Below are positions 27,097-28,801 of a DNA stretch of 28,801 nucleotides, piece after piece. A model generated the notes under the pieces. The model was not told where the DNA came from. It saw nothing but the letters and a program-made list of their open reading frames with translations, and searched no databases. Origin of the DNA: Candidatus Peribacteraceae bacterium (GTDB lineage: Bacteria; Patescibacteriota; Gracilibacteria; Peribacterales; Peribacteraceae); assembly GCA_018061525.1 (NCBI GenBank), contig JAGOUB010000001.1, positions 1-28,801 of the forward strand. Reading direction: 5' to 3'. Position 1 is the first letter of the stretch, and the number at the start of each line of letters is the position of its first letter. A program made the translations under genes and the position numbers.

Positions 27097-27861
27097 ATGG
27101 TCTACCTTGTCGTCCTCATCGGATCGGCCAGCATCCTTGCCGGTATCCTGCTGGGCAAGCTCTTGCTCAAGCAGCGCGCTGTCCGCCGTTTCGTCCGCAG
27201 CATCCGCCAGCGGCTGCAGTCGGCTGAGGATCGCGGTGCGGTGATGGTGGAGGAGACGGTGGTGGAGCGCCCGGCCAAGGACCCTCGCACCTCCGCGATC
27301 GAATTGCAGCAGGTCCGCTCGTTCGTGCGCCTGGCCGAGAAGGCCCTGGCCCAGGAGAAGACCGAAGAAGCCGAGCGCCACTACATCCAGGCGCTCACCA
27401 TCCAGCCGCACGCCCAGGACGTGAAGGCCCAGCTCGCCAAGCTCTATCTCACCAGCAACCGCGAGGCCAAGGCCGAAGCCATGTACCGCGAGCTGCTCAA
27501 GGAGCGCGACGAGGTGAGCTTCCATGCCAACCTCGGCCTGGCCTACTACCGCCAGGGCAAGTACGTGGACGCCTGCTTCGCCTACCAAGAGGCGCTCAAC
27601 CTCGATCCCAAGAACCCCGCCCGCGCCGCCGCCCTCGGCCGTGCCTGCATCGCTGCCCAGCGCTTCGCCGAGGCTATCCCGTTGCTCGAGAAGGCGTCGA
27701 GCTTCCTGGCGCGCGACACCGAGATCCTCCACCTGCTCGCCGAGTGCTACCTGCAGATCGGCGACAAGGAGCACGCCGAAGAGACGTACCGCCGCATCAA
27801 CAAGCTTGAGCCCTACGACGAGGCGGTGAAGCAGAAGCTGCTGAGCTTGGCGCAGGCCTGA
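27097..27861 (+). CDS. Membrane-anchored tetratricopeptide repeat protein
   Basis: N-terminal TM followed by TPR-like helices (ANLGLAYYRQGKY.DA..AYQEAL.LDP; LLAECYLQIGD...A...Y). Confidence 0.85.
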   Translation: MVYLVVLIGSASILAGILLGKLLLKQRAVRRFVRSIRQRLQSAEDRGAVMVEETVVERPAKDPRTSAIELQQVRSFVRLAEKALAQEKTEEAERHYIQALTIQPHAQDVKAQLAKLYLTSNREAKAEAMYRELLKERDEVSFHANLGLAYYRQGKYVDACFAYQEALNLDPKNPARAAALGRACIAAQRFAEAIPLLEKASSFLARDTEILHLLAECYLQIGDKEHAEETYRRINKLEPYDEAVKQKLLSLAQA

Positions 27862-27862
27862 G

Positions 27863-28633
27863 TCACTCGATCCGTCCGATCATGATGTTGTTCGTCCGCG
27901 ACGACGTCACGAATATCCAGCGATCGTCGCCGAGCCCGAAGCCGTCTTCGAGCTCGTTCGTCAGGGGCAGTACGTTGCGTGCGGCGTCGAGAGCGTTTCC
28001 TTTCGCGATCGCGGCGACTAGGTCGATCGTGTCCACCGCCCAACCGCGGCCGGCGGTGATGTTGCGGAAGGCGATGAGGCGCTCACCGTCCCACCAGAGC
28101 GATTGCGTGAAGGGCGCGGTTGGGAGCGTGTGCCGCACAATGCCATCGGCGCCTGTCCGCACAGCAGATTGCATCGTCTCGGGATCGAGCAGGCGGATCG
28201 TCGGCGAGACATCGCCGTAATCGGCGGTTGCCAAATACGCCGTGTCGGACAGCGTGACGAACTCCGGCCGGCAGCCGTTCACGGCTGTGTCGTCCTCTGT
28301 TTTGTGCAAGATGCAGCCGTCGAGCGTGCCCGTCTCGAGCGCGCTCTCCAGGTTGATCCGGTAGATCGCCCCCTGCTGGCGCACGGTGTTCCCCAGGAAC
28401 GTGCCGTAGCGGTCGTGGTGCGTTAGGCCTGTCGGATGGGTGATCGGCGCCGGCAGACGCACCTGGCGGCCCGTGGGGACGGCGTGCTCATCGCACTCCA
28501 CGATCAGTCCTTCTTTGCCGCCCATGTCGCCGTACACGTAATAGTGCGCGCCGATGCGGGCGACGCCCTGCGCCGCCCCGACGGGAAGCGTGGCGGTGAT
28601 CTCGGCCGAGAAGCGGCGGGCAGTATCGTCCAT
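27863..28633 (-). CDS. Hypothetical protein, possible beta-propeller
   Basis: 256-aa ORF with short beta-strand repeats (AQGVA, HPTGLT, FTQSLWWDG, ELEDG). Confidence 0.6.
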   Translation of the reverse strand: MDDTARRFSAEITATLPVGAAQGVARIGAHYYVYGDMGGKEGLIVECDEHAVPTGRQVRLPAPITHPTGLTHHDRYGTFLGNTVRQQGAIYRINLESALETGTLDGCILHKTEDDTAVNGCRPEFVTLSDTAYLATADYGDVSPTIRLLDPETMQSAVRTGADGIVRHTLPTAPFTQSLWWDGERLIAFRNITAGRGWAVDTIDLVAAIAKGNALDAARNVLPLTNELEDGFGLGDDRWIFVTSSRTNNIMIGRIE

Positions 28634-28692
28634 GGCGCGCGTGGAGCGCGGGATGCTACGGTAGGACTGTACCTTTCTCCCGCCCCTCCCGC

Positions 28693-28801
28693 ATGGACAC
28701 TGCCGCCGCGCGCAAGCGCATCGCTGGACCCGGATTCATCGCCGCTCTCGACCAAAGCGGCGGCAGTACGCCAGATGCCCTCAAGGCTTATGGTCTTGAT
28801 C
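28693..28801 (+). CDS. fda: Class I fructose-bisphosphate aldolase, 5' part (runs off the window; absent from the ORF track)
   Basis: MDTAAARKRIAGPGFIAALDQSGGSTPDALKAYGLD matches the GFIAALDQSGGSTPKAL motif of bacterial class I FBA. Confidence 0.9.
   Translation, partial: MDTAAARKRIAGPGFIAALDQSGGSTPDALKAYGLD

Overview
High-GC bacterial chromosomal window, most consistent with Ca. Peribacteria/Peregrinibacteria (Patescibacteria, CPR). Evidence: CPR-type 16S signatures, a 16S gene unlinked from 23S, an SLH protein, poly-Ser secreted proteins and CPR-style pilins. Genetic code 11 (TGA is a stop). In order: truncated nadE, single-domain response regulator, EamA/DMT protein, GT4 glycosyltransferase, CooC-like ATPase, an Amidase_2-SpoIID fusion, a standalone sunset/Ada-like domain protein, a 155-nt rod-shaped palindromic element, zwf-pgl, VOC protein, divergent yraN/comM, SLH protein, two pilin-like genes, the solitary 16S rRNA, a scattered sufD/sufB/fdx/sufC cluster interleaved with ORFans, a GGDEF protein, lspA, SIMPL, PmtA-like methyltransferase, TPR protein and the start of class I fda. 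Most interesting: the GGDEF enzyme with an intact catalytic motif but all guanine-recognition residues replaced; the rod-shaped element; the amidase-lytic transglycosylase fusion; and a split translation-signal architecture (leaderless or pyrimidine-leader core genes versus SD-led, self-contained ORFan modules). All calls come from motif recognition by eye; no searches were run.
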